Assembly: GCA_963717465.1 (NCBI GenBank)
Contig: OY970340.1
Coordinates: 2,304,001 to 2,368,000 of the forward strand
Source of the DNA: Candidatus Bathyarchaeota archaeon
Lineage (GTDB): Archaea; Thermoproteota; Bathyarchaeia; Bathyarchaeales; Bathycorpusculaceae
Direction: 5' to 3'
DNA length: 64,000 nucleotides
This document shows positions 1-10,838 of this stretch, one piece after another; within the stretch, counting starts at the first letter, position 1, and each line of letters opens with the position of its first letter. The notes below the pieces were generated by a model, which was not told the origin of the DNA, did no database searches, and was given only the letters and a program-made list of their open reading frames with translations. A program made the position numbers and the translations under genes.

Positions 1-1331
1 GGAACTTTAAATCGTGTTTCAGTCATAACCCTTCTTTCTTGAGTTAGACCATGTTCCCAATGATCCATTTCTATGATGTATGCCTTTTTGAAGACTTCAT
101 CTTTGATAAAGGCGAAATACGTCGGTTTCATCGCGTCGGCCATTTCCTGCATTCGATCAAGCCATTCTGGATTTACAGCGCAATCGTCAGCCATCGCTAG
201 TGAAGTGTTTCCAACTTGGTAAATGTCATTAACAGTTGGTACAACTAAGCCCATTTTTTGGGCTTTTACGGCATCTACGTATGTTCCGCTTGCACCGCAA
301 AGATACATAGCTTTTATGTCTTCAAATGCTAATCCGCTTTTTTGAACCAGTGCAACGTGTCCAGCTTTGAAAGCGGCAAAGCAGCGTGTTGAGTTCAAGT
401 AGTCCTTTTGGGTAAAAATAATGTTCTGGTCTTTAACTAAATGAAGAGAATTGTCTGGCGTCAAGATGTAAGGTGGAAGACGCTTAAGTAAGCCAACGTC
501 AAAACCCACGGCCATCGTTGCAACAGTTCCAGTTCCAGTTATGCCTCTTGGCTCAAAATACGTCTTTGTTTTTTCTTGAACCTCACCGTTTTGAGGATTT
601 GCGATAAAACTGTCTTGTGAGATCAAGTCGTTATCTAGCACTTGAACGTTCCAATTACTATCGGTCGAAGCATTGATATCTGAAATAGCTCCCGGTGAAG
701 CAATGACGCCTTTTTCTATTTCGCCGCCTTCGATTGCTGGTCCTGCTGCGCATGAGCCGGTGTATATTGTGTCGCCGACTTTTAGCCCGATTTCAGCGTT
801 TGTGCCGTAGTCTGTTACCATGCAGGTTTGTTTTTGGTCAAGGATTCCTGATTTAATGAGCATTGCTAGGGCATCTGCGCCGATTTGCTGTTGGATAGTG
901 GGTGGTATGTATACTTCGGCTTCGGGATTAATTGCTAAGCCTAATGCACCTGCATCCATTACTGTGGCTCTTCTATCGATGCGCTTTACGTTTAGACGCT
1001 TAAGCATGTTATCTCCGCCGAAGACCAAGTCTCTTAATTCTATTCCTTGAAAAATTGACATTTGAGTGGGGTTACCGCACAGAGCCATGCGTTTCACGGC
1101 TTTAAGGTCAACTTCTAAAGAATTCAGAAGAGAATTTACTGTATTAGCAACTATGCCGTGGGCAACGCCGGATCCTGCTTTTACTGCAAACTGCAAGTGA
1201 TCCAGAACGTTTCCTCCTGGGAGAGGATTTCGCAAAGATATGGCGGTTGATAAAATCTTCTTTGTTTCAGCATCAAGGACCTGCAGTCGAAGTCCACTTG
1301 TTCCTATATCTAAACCGATTACCAGCTCCAA
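1..1331 (-). CDS. ramA: Methylamine methyltransferase corrinoid protein reductive activase (RamA/ASKHA family); 3' end runs off the window
   Basis: Not in the ORF track. My translation from TTG at 1331 gives MELVIGLDIGTSGLRLQ...NPLPGGNVLDHL...CGNPTQM...IGADALAM...VTDYGTNAEIG...GSCAAGPAIEG, the RamA motif series. An AAGGTGG SD-like motif lies upstream. Confidence 0.88.
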   Translation of the reverse strand, partial: MELVIGLDIGTSGLRLQVLDAETKKILSTAISLRNPLPGGNVLDHLQFAVKAGSGVAHGIVANTVNSLLNSLEVDLKAVKRMALCGNPTQMSIFQGIELRDLVFGGDNMLKRLNVKRIDRRATVMDAGALGLAINPEAEVYIPPTIQQQIGADALAMLIKSGILDQKQTCMVTDYGTNAEIGLKVGDTIYTGSCAAGPAIEGGEIEKGVIASPGAISDINASTDSNWNVQVLDNDLISQDSFIANPQNGEVQEKTKTYFEPRGITGTGTVATMAVGFDVGLLKRLPPYILTPDNSLHLVKDQNIIFTQKDYLNSTRCFAAFKAGHVALVQKSGLAFEDIKAMYLCGASGTYVDAVKAQKMGLVVPTVNDIYQVGNTSLAMADDCAVNPEWLDRMQEMADAMKPTYFAFIKDEVFKKAYIIEMDHWEHGLTQERRVMTETRFKV

Positions 1332-1344
1332 TTTAACCCACCTT

Positions 1345-1827
1345 TTAAGGTTCTACTTTTACTTCGGTTCTTAAATCTATTTTAGTTCCTGCTTCAAGAG
1401 CACGTAGAGCAAAACTGTACGACTTAACAAATTTTCCGCAACGCATGGCCTTTTCTCTTTTTTCTTCACTATCAACTGTGACATGAATAATCGCGTTAAT
1501 ATTTTCCAAAAAGTATCCGCTAACCATCGTCGATTTAACATCAGCTTCGACAGACACTTTCAGATCCTTTATGTCTAAACGCATTCTCTCTTTTGCATAC
1601 AGAAAAGTTGTTAGAATACAACCTCCAAAACCCGTAAAAAAAATTGAACATGGACTTGGCAAATCCCCTTTTCCACCAAACTCAGTAGGCTTATCTAAAC
1701 TTAACGTGTACTTTAATCCTTGAACAGAATCCCCAAAACGAGCATTTCCACCTGATTTCTTATCCCATTCCAACTCAGAAACATATTTTAAGTCACTAGG
1801 AACACTGCTTCTAATATTATCAGACAA
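1345..1827 (-). CDS. OsmC/Ohr-family protein
   Basis: DKPTEFGGKGDLPSP..F..GFGGC motif. The second conserved Cys appears to be replaced by Ser (KSYSF). Confidence 0.8.
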   Translation of the reverse strand: MSDNIRSSVPSDLKYVSELEWDKKSGGNARFGDSVQGLKYTLSLDKPTEFGGKGDLPSPCSIFFTGFGGCILTTFLYAKERMRLDIKDLKVSVEADVKSTMVSGYFLENINAIIHVTVDSEEKREKAMRCGKFVKSYSFALRALEAGTKIDLRTEVKVEP

Positions 1828-2106
1828 GTTTCTTCCTCTCCTCAGGATCTAGCTTCATACCTAATTTATTCCGATTAATTCCCCAAATAAGGTGCACTCT
1901 AACCTTTTTTCGATTTTGCTTTATAGAAAATAGAACTATATTAAAAGCTTTGGTAAGTCACAAACGAAAATAGCTACACTGAATGAAGTGAGAATAATGG
2001 GCAATTGGCTCGAAAAGCAAAATTCATTGAACCAATCAGTAAAGCAATGTTCAAGAACAAAAACAAAAAAAGTTTAAGCTTGAGAAAAGAGGAGAATGCG
2101 ACTCCA

Positions 2107-3000
2107 TTACGAGCATGATTCAATGATCCTGTTGTTTATCAGGAATTGTACAATATCAGAAGCGGCTGCCTCGGGAGGCTTCTCAACGATTTTGGAACTT
2201 CCTCCTGATTTGGAATCTTTACTGCCGCCTTTCATGAGCATTTTCATTCGTTCGTGGGCGGATAGATTTGCACTCGGGCCTTTAGCGGCAACTCCACCTT
2301 TCTTTAATCTGGGTTTTGGTTGAGAGTAACTTAGGACCTCAACCATTGGTTTAATGCTGCCAGGTTCTACACCTAGTGATTTAGCATCAAGCTTAGTTAT
2401 CTCCTTCTGGTTGGCTGAGAGAGTTTTTGTGATCGAAATGTATCTTGGTTCGTTCAATTCCTCATCGACGGTAAACACTGCGGGCAGAGGACACTCTATT
2501 ACTTCTCTATCTATATTTGCAACGCGTCTTGAAATAGAGGCCTTTTTCTTATCGGAGGAAATCTCCAGTTTTGTGATGGCAGGAACATGTGGAAGTTTCA
2601 AGGATTCTGCAATACCTGCTCCAACATAACCATTACATTCATCGATTGACATTTTGCCACACATAATCAGGTCATAAGATAACTTGCTAATGGCGTTGGC
2701 GAGAGCAACTGAAGTTGCATATGCATCAAAATTCTTAAAACTGTCATCCGAAAGAAGAATTGCTTTATCCGCACCCATTGCTAAACAGCTTCTCAACACC
2801 TTTTCAGCTTCAGGTGGGCCCAGGGTAATTACTGTAACCTCTCCATCGCCCAGTTTATCTCTGATTCTAATTGCCTCCTCAAGGGCTACTCTGTCGTAAG
2901 GGTTAATCATGTAAATAACATCTTCAACAGTGTTTGTTGCAAGGTCAAATCGGACAATATCTGGGTGAGGAACCTGTTTGACACAAACTATTATTTTCAC
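2107..3000 (-). CDS. etfB: Electron transfer flavoprotein beta subunit (FixA family)
   Basis: MKIIVCVKQVP, INPYDRVALEEA, LAMGADKA, CGKMSID and NEPRY motifs. Confidence 0.95.
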   Translation of the reverse strand: MKIIVCVKQVPHPDIVRFDLATNTVEDVIYMINPYDRVALEEAIRIRDKLGDGEVTVITLGPPEAEKVLRSCLAMGADKAILLSDDSFKNFDAYATSVALANAISKLSYDLIMCGKMSIDECNGYVGAGIAESLKLPHVPAITKLEISSDKKKASISRRVANIDREVIECPLPAVFTVDEELNEPRYISITKTLSANQKEITKLDAKSLGVEPGSIKPMVEVLSYSQPKPRLKKGGVAAKGPSANLSAHERMKMLMKGGSKDSKSGGSSKIVEKPPEAAASDIVQFLINNRIIESCS

Positions 3001-3012
3001 ATGAATCTCTCC

Positions 3013-4026
3013 TTAACTTTTTGGCGCTTTCTCCTTTAATGCTCGTAACTGTTTTGTCAATGCAGGCACAACCTGTTGAACGTTCCCAACTATCCCAATA
3101 TCAGCTATCTTGAATATTGGTGCGCTCTTATCCTTGTTAATTACAACCGTAAACTTGGAACCGCGAACACCGGACAAAAAGTGCCCTGCTCCAGAGACGC
3201 CGCATACTAAATCAAGCGTTGGGGAAATGTCTTTGCCACTAGATCCTATTTTGCGTTCATGATCTACCCATCCTGCATCTACTGCTGGCCTGGATCCACC
3301 TATAGATGCTCCTAAGACATCTGCCAAGTCTTCGATATTCTTCATGTTTTCTGCTTTTTCGACGCCTCTTCCAACTGCAATCACCATATCAGCTTCAGAA
3401 ACACTGATTGTTCGTGGGTTGGCTTTCTTATAATCGATAAAAGTAGTCTTAACTGTATCAGGACTGAGATTCAGTTCCTCGTTAATGATTTGGAGTTTCT
3501 TTGGCTCGGCAACTTTATCTAAATCCAATCCTTTTGGATCAACCGTTGCCACTAATGTTTTTTCATACGTTGGAACAATCGTAGCGTGAACGTTTCCGCC
3601 ATAAGCAGGTTTGCGACCTACAATCTGGCCCTTATCATTTAAATCAAACTCAATGCAGTTCGCCAATAAACTTACTTTAAGCGCTGCAGCAACTCTAGGA
3701 GCTAACTCACTACTAACAGACGTAGCTCCAAAAAGAATGACTGCTGGATGGTACTTCTTAGCTAAATCGGAAAGAACCTGCGCATAAGCGTCACTATTAT
3801 ATCTCTCTAAAATTTTGTTTTCTACAAGAAATACTTTATCTACACCGTAAGGACTAAGGGTCTCAGCAAGGTTTTGAATTCCATTCCCAATCATGACAGC
3901 ACAAATTTCTTTCCCAAGCTTCTTAGCAAGCGTTCTGCCCTCACAGGCAAGTTTAAGAAAACATTCAGGTATCTTTCCATCCTTCTGCTCAATAAATACC
4001 CACAATTCACCGCTATTGTCCACCAC
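3013..4026 (-). CDS. etfA: Electron transfer flavoprotein alpha subunit (FixB family)
   Basis: ELAPRVAA, VGRGV, GGSRPAVDAGW, GVSGA.H..G and INKDKSAPIF motifs; adjacent to etfB. Confidence 0.95.
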   Translation of the reverse strand: MVDNSGELWVFIEQKDGKIPECFLKLACEGRTLAKKLGKEICAVMIGNGIQNLAETLSPYGVDKVFLVENKILERYNSDAYAQVLSDLAKKYHPAVILFGATSVSSELAPRVAAALKVSLLANCIEFDLNDKGQIVGRKPAYGGNVHATIVPTYEKTLVATVDPKGLDLDKVAEPKKLQIINEELNLSPDTVKTTFIDYKKANPRTISVSEADMVIAVGRGVEKAENMKNIEDLADVLGASIGGSRPAVDAGWVDHERKIGSSGKDISPTLDLVCGVSGAGHFLSGVRGSKFTVVINKDKSAPIFKIADIGIVGNVQQVVPALTKQLRALKEKAPKS

Positions 4027-4125
4027 TTACATATCTCCCCAATATTATTCTATCTGCGCTTAACATGATACTCTACACTAAAATACCAACCTAGGATTTA
4101 ATTAGATTGTTATCCATCCCTGGTT

Positions 4126-4216
4126 TGTATTTCTTGGAAAGCTTGGAAAAAGACTTATATATAGTTTTCTTGATGTATTTCGCGGAAAGCTTGGAAAAAG
4201 ACTTATATATAGTTTT
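4126..4216 (+). promoter_or_regulatory. Tandemly duplicated BRE/TATA-like promoter unit (48-bp period)
   Basis: TGTATTTC..GGAAAGCTTGGAAAAAGACTTATATATAGTTTT occurs at 4126 and 4174, between the divergent etfA and Fe-S oxidoreductase genes. Confidence 0.75.
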
Positions 4217-4233
4217 TCTGTCGTTAATGAATC

Positions 4234-5362
4234 ATGAATGCCAACGAATTAATCCAAAAAAATGCACTACTTAACTGCGTTCAATGTGGCACTTGCACCG
4301 GAAGCTGCCCAGCAGCCTTGACATCCAAATTAAATGTTCGAAAATCTATGCATAAAATTACTGTTTCTAATGACATAGTTATTCCACCAGATAGCGAATT
4401 ATGGAGTTGCACAACCTGCTCAACATGCAAAAACCGTTGCCCAAGAGGAATAAGTCCTCTAGATGTTATGATTGACCTCCGAAGCAGCATGGTAGAAAAA
4501 GGAGCTATTCCATCACGTATCAGAGACGCTTTAGAAAGCGTGTACATTAATGGAAATCCGTGGCGTAGAAATAGGCGGGAAAGATCAGATTGGACACAGG
4601 GTGTTAACGTTAAACCCTTCGATAAGGACACGGAGATTCTTTTCTACGTAGGCTGTACATCAGCATACGATAGCCGCTCTCAGGATGAGGTAAAAGCATT
4701 AGTAAAGTGTCTAAACAAGGCTCAAGTCAATTTTGGAACACTGGGAAACGAAGAAAATTGCTGCGGGAGTGAAATCTACGGCATAGGGGAGAAAGGATTA
4801 TTCGAGTTTTTGGTCAACAAGAACCTGGAAATCTTTGAGAAAACATGGTGTGAAGCAGATAATAACAGCTTCCCCCCACTGCTATCATACGTTTAAAAAC
4901 AGATACGGAAAAACAAACTTTGAAGTCAAACACTACACACAATACCTTGCAGACCTAATCGACAAAAAGAAACTCGAGCTTACCCGAGATGTAAGCAAAA
5001 CCATTGCTTACCATGATCCATGCTTCTTGGGAAAAATGAACGGAGTTTACAATGAACCCAGAAAGATAATCGAAAGCATTCCAAACATCAAGTTTGTAGA
5101 ATTAGGCAGATCCAGAGAAAAAAGCCTGTGCTGCGGAGGCGGAGGTGGAGGAATGTGGGTTGAGATTCAAGCTAATCCGACAGAACGCATTGAACGACTA
5201 TCAGAAAAAAGAGTTAAAGAAGCCGTAGAAGCTGGAGCAGAATTATTAGTCACATCATGTCCTTTCTGCATCTTAACGTTGGAAGATGCGGTTAAAACAA
5301 CGGGAAACGAAGGCTTAATCCGAGTCATGGACCTAGCTGAATTAGTTTCAGAAGCCATGTAA
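4234..5362 (+). CDS. HdrD/GlpC-like Fe-S oxidoreductase (2x[4Fe-4S] plus CCG domains), split by a 1-nt frameshift at ~4842
   Basis: CxxCxxCxxxCP twice, VGC, ENCCG, YHDPC, LCCGGGGG and SCPFC. Removing one A from GAGAAAACAT joins ORFs 4234-4896 and 4835-5362. Confidence 0.88.
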
Positions 5363-5599
5363 CCATTCAATCCACCCATAACCCAATTTTATTAAACCTA
5401 AATCTCTAATTTCTTCAAAGCAAGCAAGTTTAAAGGGCTAATGCTAAATGATTACTTCTAGCAGTTGAATTACTGAATGAAAAAAGGCGGCATTAAGTCC
5501 GCAAAACTGGACTTCAACAACCGCTGTCCTTGATCATATTAATTATGTTCAAGTGAGTTAAATCTTGATATGCTGCACGCGTGCGTTTGTGCAAATTTA

Positions 5600-5995
5600 T
5601 TAGTATTCAACGTCTGGGAGAGCTTTTGCAAGGTCAGCCATGTGTCCTAAAGCTTTAACATTCTTCATCATCTTGGAGAACGGTCCTTCAATCTTGTATT
5701 TTCCGGTAACTGATGCCTTCTGAGCATTAATAGTACCTTGAATTACTCCAGCCCAAGTTATGTAGTCAGCCTTAAACTTGAAATCAACTGGCTCCTCAGC
5801 ATTCCCCGGCTTAACAGAAACCTTACCATGATCCCACGTAGCAATCCAAGTCATCGGACCAGTATCTGTTGGTTTATCAGTGAAGATATAAGCCCACTTC
5901 TCCGTCATATTCGCCTCATTCATAATCTTATCATCACTCATAGCCTTAGACCATAAATCATAATACGCTTGCGTAGCATACTTTACTTTCGCCAT
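5600..5995 (-). CDS. SCP2 sterol/lipid-carrier domain protein
   Basis: DFKFKADYITWAGVIQGTINAQKASVTGKYKIEG matches the SCP2 pattern; GGAGGTG SD upstream. Confidence 0.8.
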   Translation of the reverse strand: MAKVKYATQAYYDLWSKAMSDDKIMNEANMTEKWAYIFTDKPTDTGPMTWIATWDHGKVSVKPGNAEEPVDFKFKADYITWAGVIQGTINAQKASVTGKYKIEGPFSKMMKNVKALGHMADLAKALPDVEY

Positions 5996-6495
5996 CTTGT
6001 CACCTCCTCAACTATCCATCTTCTCAGAGTCGAAGAAATTATGTTGCCAATTAAATATAAGTCTTTGTTAAAATTTATTCTCTTGAACAGCAAAAAATTA
6101 GCCTGATTAGCATGTCTATTGCCTGTTTTCCCGTTGAAAAATGGCAAGTTTTGCAAAAAATAAGCAGTTATATTGAGCATTTAGCAACACGCCCTAAATA
6201 AAATAACAAGAAAAAAGGTTAGATAGCATAAAGATGACGTTTATTGACGCATTAAGACTTAAACAGCATGATTATTCTTGATACCAATAAGCAATTAGGT
6301 CTGTGCACTTTAAAGTTTGATTATTGCCAAGAAAGATTATATTAATGACAATAGCAAGAATCAATGGTAAAATCGTGTTTTTCTAATAGTCAACCTAATA
6401 TAGTTAAATGACGCTTTTAGATGAATATAAAATGAAGAAAGGGCAGTAATTCGAATCTTGCTTTTTCTCTGGTTCTTAAGGGGTAAAGGAAAAAT

Positions 6496-7155
6496 TTGAG
6501 ACATAAAAAATCCACGTTTGAAGATCATTTGGCTCTTCTTTCAGCCGATTGTGACGTTTATCCAAGCGAGGTTCTTCAAGCATTAATTCAAGCTAAAGAA
6601 AACGGCAAATCTGATTGTGAGGATTTAAAAATAGAATATAGGGGTCAAGTTAAAGGAGAATTGATCTTTTTAATAAAGAAAGACACAGATGTGATTGCTC
6701 AATTCAAAGTGGATGAAGATGTTCTTCAAAGGAAAGACACAGTTTTTGAAAATTCCGTGGCTATTGATAAAATTCGCAAAAAAATAGCTAAGCAAAACAG
6801 CGAAACTTCTTTCACAGCAGTACAAGATTTAAAGACGGGCATGAAACATGTTAACGTTAAAGCCCAAGTTATTGATATTCCTAAGCCTTCGCAAGTGCAT
6901 ACTCAATTCGGAAACACAATTATGATGGTTAACGTTTTGATCGGTGACTCTACAGGAAGAATCAAACTATGTCTTTGGGAAGGACAGATCAACTCAATAT
7001 CCAAAGAAGCCCACCTGGAGATTAAAAATGCACAAGTCTACACTTTTAGGGGCGAAAAGCAACTGCGCCTTGGAAGAAAAGGAACAATAACTGCTTTAGA
7101 ACCTCCAACATTGGCAGCCAAAGAACCTGCCTCACCAATAATTTTAACAAAATGA
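6496..7155 (+). CDS. OB-fold single-stranded nucleic acid binding protein (SSB/RPA-like) with N-terminal extension
   Basis: VQDLKTGMKHVNVKAQV...IGDSTGRIKLCLW...IKNAQVYTFRGEKQLRLGRKG. Confidence 0.85.
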   Translation: MRHKKSTFEDHLALLSADCDVYPSEVLQALIQAKENGKSDCEDLKIEYRGQVKGELIFLIKKDTDVIAQFKVDEDVLQRKDTVFENSVAIDKIRKKIAKQNSETSFTAVQDLKTGMKHVNVKAQVIDIPKPSQVHTQFGNTIMMVNVLIGDSTGRIKLCLWEGQINSISKEAHLEIKNAQVYTFRGEKQLRLGRKGTITALEPPTLAAKEPASPIILTK

Positions 7156-7407
7156 GATGTTTTTCGTTCCGCTTTTCCGTTCTAAAGCTTTATCCTCCAA
7201 CTAAATATTGATTACATAAAAAATGAATTTGAAATGAATTGAACGAAGACTTTGGAGCCAAAAGTCTTATTGTGCGGCCTAAATCAGCAAAACAAACAGT
7301 TTTATATCAAAATTTTGAAACAAAAGATAAAAGCAACAGAAATTGCATGGTTTAATTTAGTTTTAAAGAATAAGCCCTCTACTTTATAAAGAATTGGAAT
7401 TTAGCAA

Positions 7408-7746
7408 TCAAGCGTTAGATGGCGAAAGCCTTTTTTGGGGGATGTATGAGAATTCGTAAACTGTGACTGTCTGATCGGGGTTCCAGCTTCCGTTTATCTT
7501 AATCCAGCATTGGCGGAATTCATCCAAACAGTTAAACCCTTCTTTTCGGGCTTCGCTTTCGCTGACATCACAAAGATGCTGATGAAATTTTCTAGTTATT
7601 TTAATTATGCCTTGACCTTTATCATAATAACTGATTTTTACTTTATAGATTTTGCCGACTTGCCATTCACGTTTATGTGTTCGGCGTGTTTGAGTTTTCC
7701 TACCAGCCTGGACTAAACGGATTAAGTCTTTTTTGAAGAGCGCCAT
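7408..7746 (-). CDS. ASCH domain protein
   Basis: F...AGRKTQTRR, DVSESEARKEGF and VTVYEF motifs. Confidence 0.88.
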   Translation of the reverse strand: MALFKKDLIRLVQAGRKTQTRRTHKREWQVGKIYKVKISYYDKGQGIIKITRKFHQHLCDVSESEARKEGFNCLDEFRQCWIKINGSWNPDQTVTVYEFSYIPQKRLSPSNA

Positions 7747-8016
7747 AAATTCACTGATCCTCTGAGCGGTCTTAAAATAAAAAATTTCGGTTGAAAACCG
7801 GCTAAATTGTTTTTTATTTTAGGGAGACACAATAAGAGCTTTTAGGTTTATGACCGCACTTAAAATTAAAAGCAACGAAAGAAGGGCTTGAAAATATTCG
7901 AACATATAATGATGGCAAAATAAAGGTATTTAACTAAAAATAAAAGTGCCGTAGCGGGCAAACAACAAGTTTGTCCCACTTTCACAGCTTAGACAAAACT
8001 AACGTTACTTTCTTGA

Positions 8017-9201
8017 CTACGCTTTCCTGAAAAAATACCAGAAAAACACAATCGAAAGGAAATAGAATATACCTGAAATGAAGAAAGGTGCCGCCAAAAG
8101 GCCCAAAGCCATCAAATAGGCGCCTACAAAACTACTTAACGCATTGGGTAAACTCCAAACTGCAGAACTTACCCCTGAAGCTGCTCCCCGCTCATCCTCG
8201 CTGACGATGCCCATTATCAAAGATTGCTCTAGCGGAGTCGAACTATTGATCAAAAAGCTCCTAAACGTATACGCAACCCCAGCTCCAACATAACCAGACG
8301 ACAAAGGAATAAGGAACATGAAGACTGTGGAAAAACCTTGCGTAATCGTAATCGCCCTAACCATCCCCACTCTGGCGGCAAGCCATGGCCCAGCTAGCGC
8401 AGCAAAACCCGTAACCAAACTTGACAACCCCAATATAGGTCCACTTATTGCGTCGGTGATGCCGTACTGCAATCCGAACCAAGCCGCCATTAAGGGAATC
8501 ACCATTCCAGCACCGAAAGCTACCAATCCGCTTGACAAAACATACTTTCCTAGTGGGTCCTTAGATTTGTGCGGAAGCATTTGCCTCCAACTAACTCCAT
8601 GTCTCTTCGCCTTTTGAGGTTCGTCTATCCTAAACATAACAAATGTCGAAGACAAACTGAGAATCGCTAAAATCACGTATAGTAATATGTGCCCTTCACG
8701 GTTAGTGAAGCCAACCGACTCAAAAAGAACAACTATTGGAATAATTAGGCTACCCACACCAAACGCTGTACTCTCTACAAATCCAAACAGAGAATAGGCG
8801 CTTGTCCTACGGTCTTGGGCTTTATCTGCAAGCAACGCATTCGTTGAAGCTGCGAAAGCCGCCTCAGCAATCCCTTCGGCAACTGCAGCCACCAACAAAA
8901 CAGCAATATTGGTTGTTAACACAAAAACCGCAATTATGGCGCTCGCCAGTACGTTGCCCACTATATGGAGCCTCTTTCTGCCATACTTGTCTGCTATGAC
9001 ACCCAAAGGGATACTTGCAGCAAAAGCAGATATACCCATGAGTGTGACGATTAGACCCATTAACGTAATAGATAGACCTTGTACTGAAGTGAGAAAAAAG
9101 GAGAGATCTGTGTAGAACATTCCAAAGGCAACAAAAGGCAATATGGTGGAGTAAATCAGGTATTTAGCATCTTTAGGCAATCCACGATAGCTTTCGAACA
9201 A
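8017..9201 (-). CDS. MFS transporter
   Basis: GVIADKYGRK motif A, ERGAASG, about 12 hydrophobic segments. Confidence 0.9.
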   Translation of the reverse strand: MFESYRGLPKDAKYLIYSTILPFVAFGMFYTDLSFFLTSVQGLSITLMGLIVTLMGISAFAASIPLGVIADKYGRKRLHIVGNVLASAIIAVFVLTTNIAVLLVAAVAEGIAEAAFAASTNALLADKAQDRRTSAYSLFGFVESTAFGVGSLIIPIVVLFESVGFTNREGHILLYVILAILSLSSTFVMFRIDEPQKAKRHGVSWRQMLPHKSKDPLGKYVLSSGLVAFGAGMVIPLMAAWFGLQYGITDAISGPILGLSSLVTGFAALAGPWLAARVGMVRAITITQGFSTVFMFLIPLSSGYVGAGVAYTFRSFLINSSTPLEQSLIMGIVSEDERGAASGVSSAVWSLPNALSSFVGAYLMALGLLAAPFFISGIFYFLSIVFFWYFFRKA

Positions 9202-9355
9202 CCTTCTTTGGGCACCTCAGAAATTCAACGTACTTATAGTTAATTAGGTTTTTTCGACTTATCGTTTTCCAATTAACGCGCATTAAAATAAGGAATAAGC
9301 TGCGGAAGGCTTAAGCCCTCCATCTTGTCTTACGTAAAAAGACAAGGTTTTTTGC

Positions 9356-9595
9356 ATGGTCCATAGAAGAGTACGAGGCGGACATTACAAGATTAAACAT
9401 GTTGAGAAGCAATGCCCCGTCGGGTTGGAAGACGAATTAGAAGTAAACATTATTGGCGTGAGCCCAAGTGGAGATGGAATGTCAAAAATTCAGGGCTATG
9501 TCATAATAGTGCCAAGAACCAAGCCAAGAGACCGCGTGAAAATAAAGATAACCAAAGTCGGCAAAAAAGTGGCAATTGGTGAAATAATAAAATGA
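9356..9595 (+). CDS. Stand-alone TRAM domain protein (archaeal RNA chaperone type)
   Basis: CPVGLEDELEVNIIGVSPSGDGMSKIQGYVIIVPRTKPRDRVKIKITKV. Confidence 0.88.
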   Translation: MVHRRVRGGHYKIKHVEKQCPVGLEDELEVNIIGVSPSGDGMSKIQGYVIIVPRTKPRDRVKIKITKVGKKVAIGEIIK

Positions 9596-10322
9596 TTCTT
9601 TCCAGTAACCCGCACGCATAGTGCGCTGGTATGAAGGGGTAAAAGAAACTTCTTTAACAAGGTCTTTGTGCATGATCAATTGCTAGTGTGGCTAATATGT
9701 TATCTCTATTACGCAAAGAAGCGCTAATCAGTAAAAGATTAATCAAGACAATCATCTAAGACTAACCTTTGAGGCACCATTCATCCTAACTTTTTTATCA
9801 ACATCCCAAAACAAGGATTAAAATATTATTAGAACCACACCTAAAACTTTTTGAAGGTCAAAGTTGTTTATTTGACAAGAGTAAATCTTGATGGATAAAG
9901 CTAAAATTAAAGATGACCTGTGCACGTGTGGACATCTTAAAAGTGAACATTCATATTTTTTAGATAAAGTATGTTATAAACCTAAATGTGAATGTTACAA
10001 GTTCGTTTTAAAAGATTAAAAGCAAAAGCTTAATTTTTTATAATGCAACATGACGTTTGAAAGCTTTATGGCGCCTAATTTTTGATATATTGGAATTTCG
10101 TTGGAGTGCCTATGATGATAAACACGTCAGTCTGAGCGGGATTTCAGTTCCCGCATTGATTTGATTTAAATCGAATTCTGAGGCGCTTTTTCTTTTATTT
10201 TTGGCGCACCTTTCCGCTAAGCTACTAAACGCTGAAAGGGTGATTTTTGCGATAAAATCGATATTCCAGCCGAATTTTATGCGCAAAGCTTAAGCTACAG
10301 GAGACCTTAACATCAGTCATTA

Positions 10323-10587
10323 ATGCGAAAAACAGCGGAGAGACCCTTCAATTAGTCCTAAGAAAAGAAGCCCCAGAAATGCAAAGAACAAACGTAGAAG
10401 AGACTGCCCAGTCATCTTGGGCAAAGAATACGAAGTCGATATTAGCGAGATAAGCCCAAACGGGGAAGGCGTAGGTAGAGTAAAGAACTTCATGGTTTTC
10501 GTAGGCAACGTTAAATTGGGAGATCATGTGAAGGTAAAAATCACCCGCCTTGACTCAGTCGGTGCAGATGCAGAAATAGTCAGCTAA
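10323..10587 (+). CDS. Second stand-alone TRAM domain protein; start uncertain (extra A after ATG 10323, or a non-canonical start)
   Basis: Not in the ORF track. Translation ...RRRDCPVILGKEYEVDISEISPNGEGVGRVKNFMVFVGNVKLGDHVKVKITRLDSVGADAEIVS*. Confidence 0.85.
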
Positions 10588-10838
10588 CGTTGGTCGCTCT
10601 CTCATACTTTTCTTTATTCAGAGGATGCAAGGCAACGCTAGAATAAACAATGAAATACGCCGTTGTTTTAGCCGAAAGCGCGTAACCTTCTACATGCAAT
10701 ACAATCCAGAAAAGTTCAATTAAGCAAAATCTTTCATCAAGGCTTCTCTATCTTTAAATTTCCATCGGAACAGGTCATGTGATACAGTTTCCAATTCGAT
10801 TCAAAAATTAGGCCAATTAGCGGGTTAACAGTTTTTTA

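Noticed and set aside
820..1050. 76-aa plus-strand ORF
   Set aside because: It lies antisense within the RamA coding sequence.
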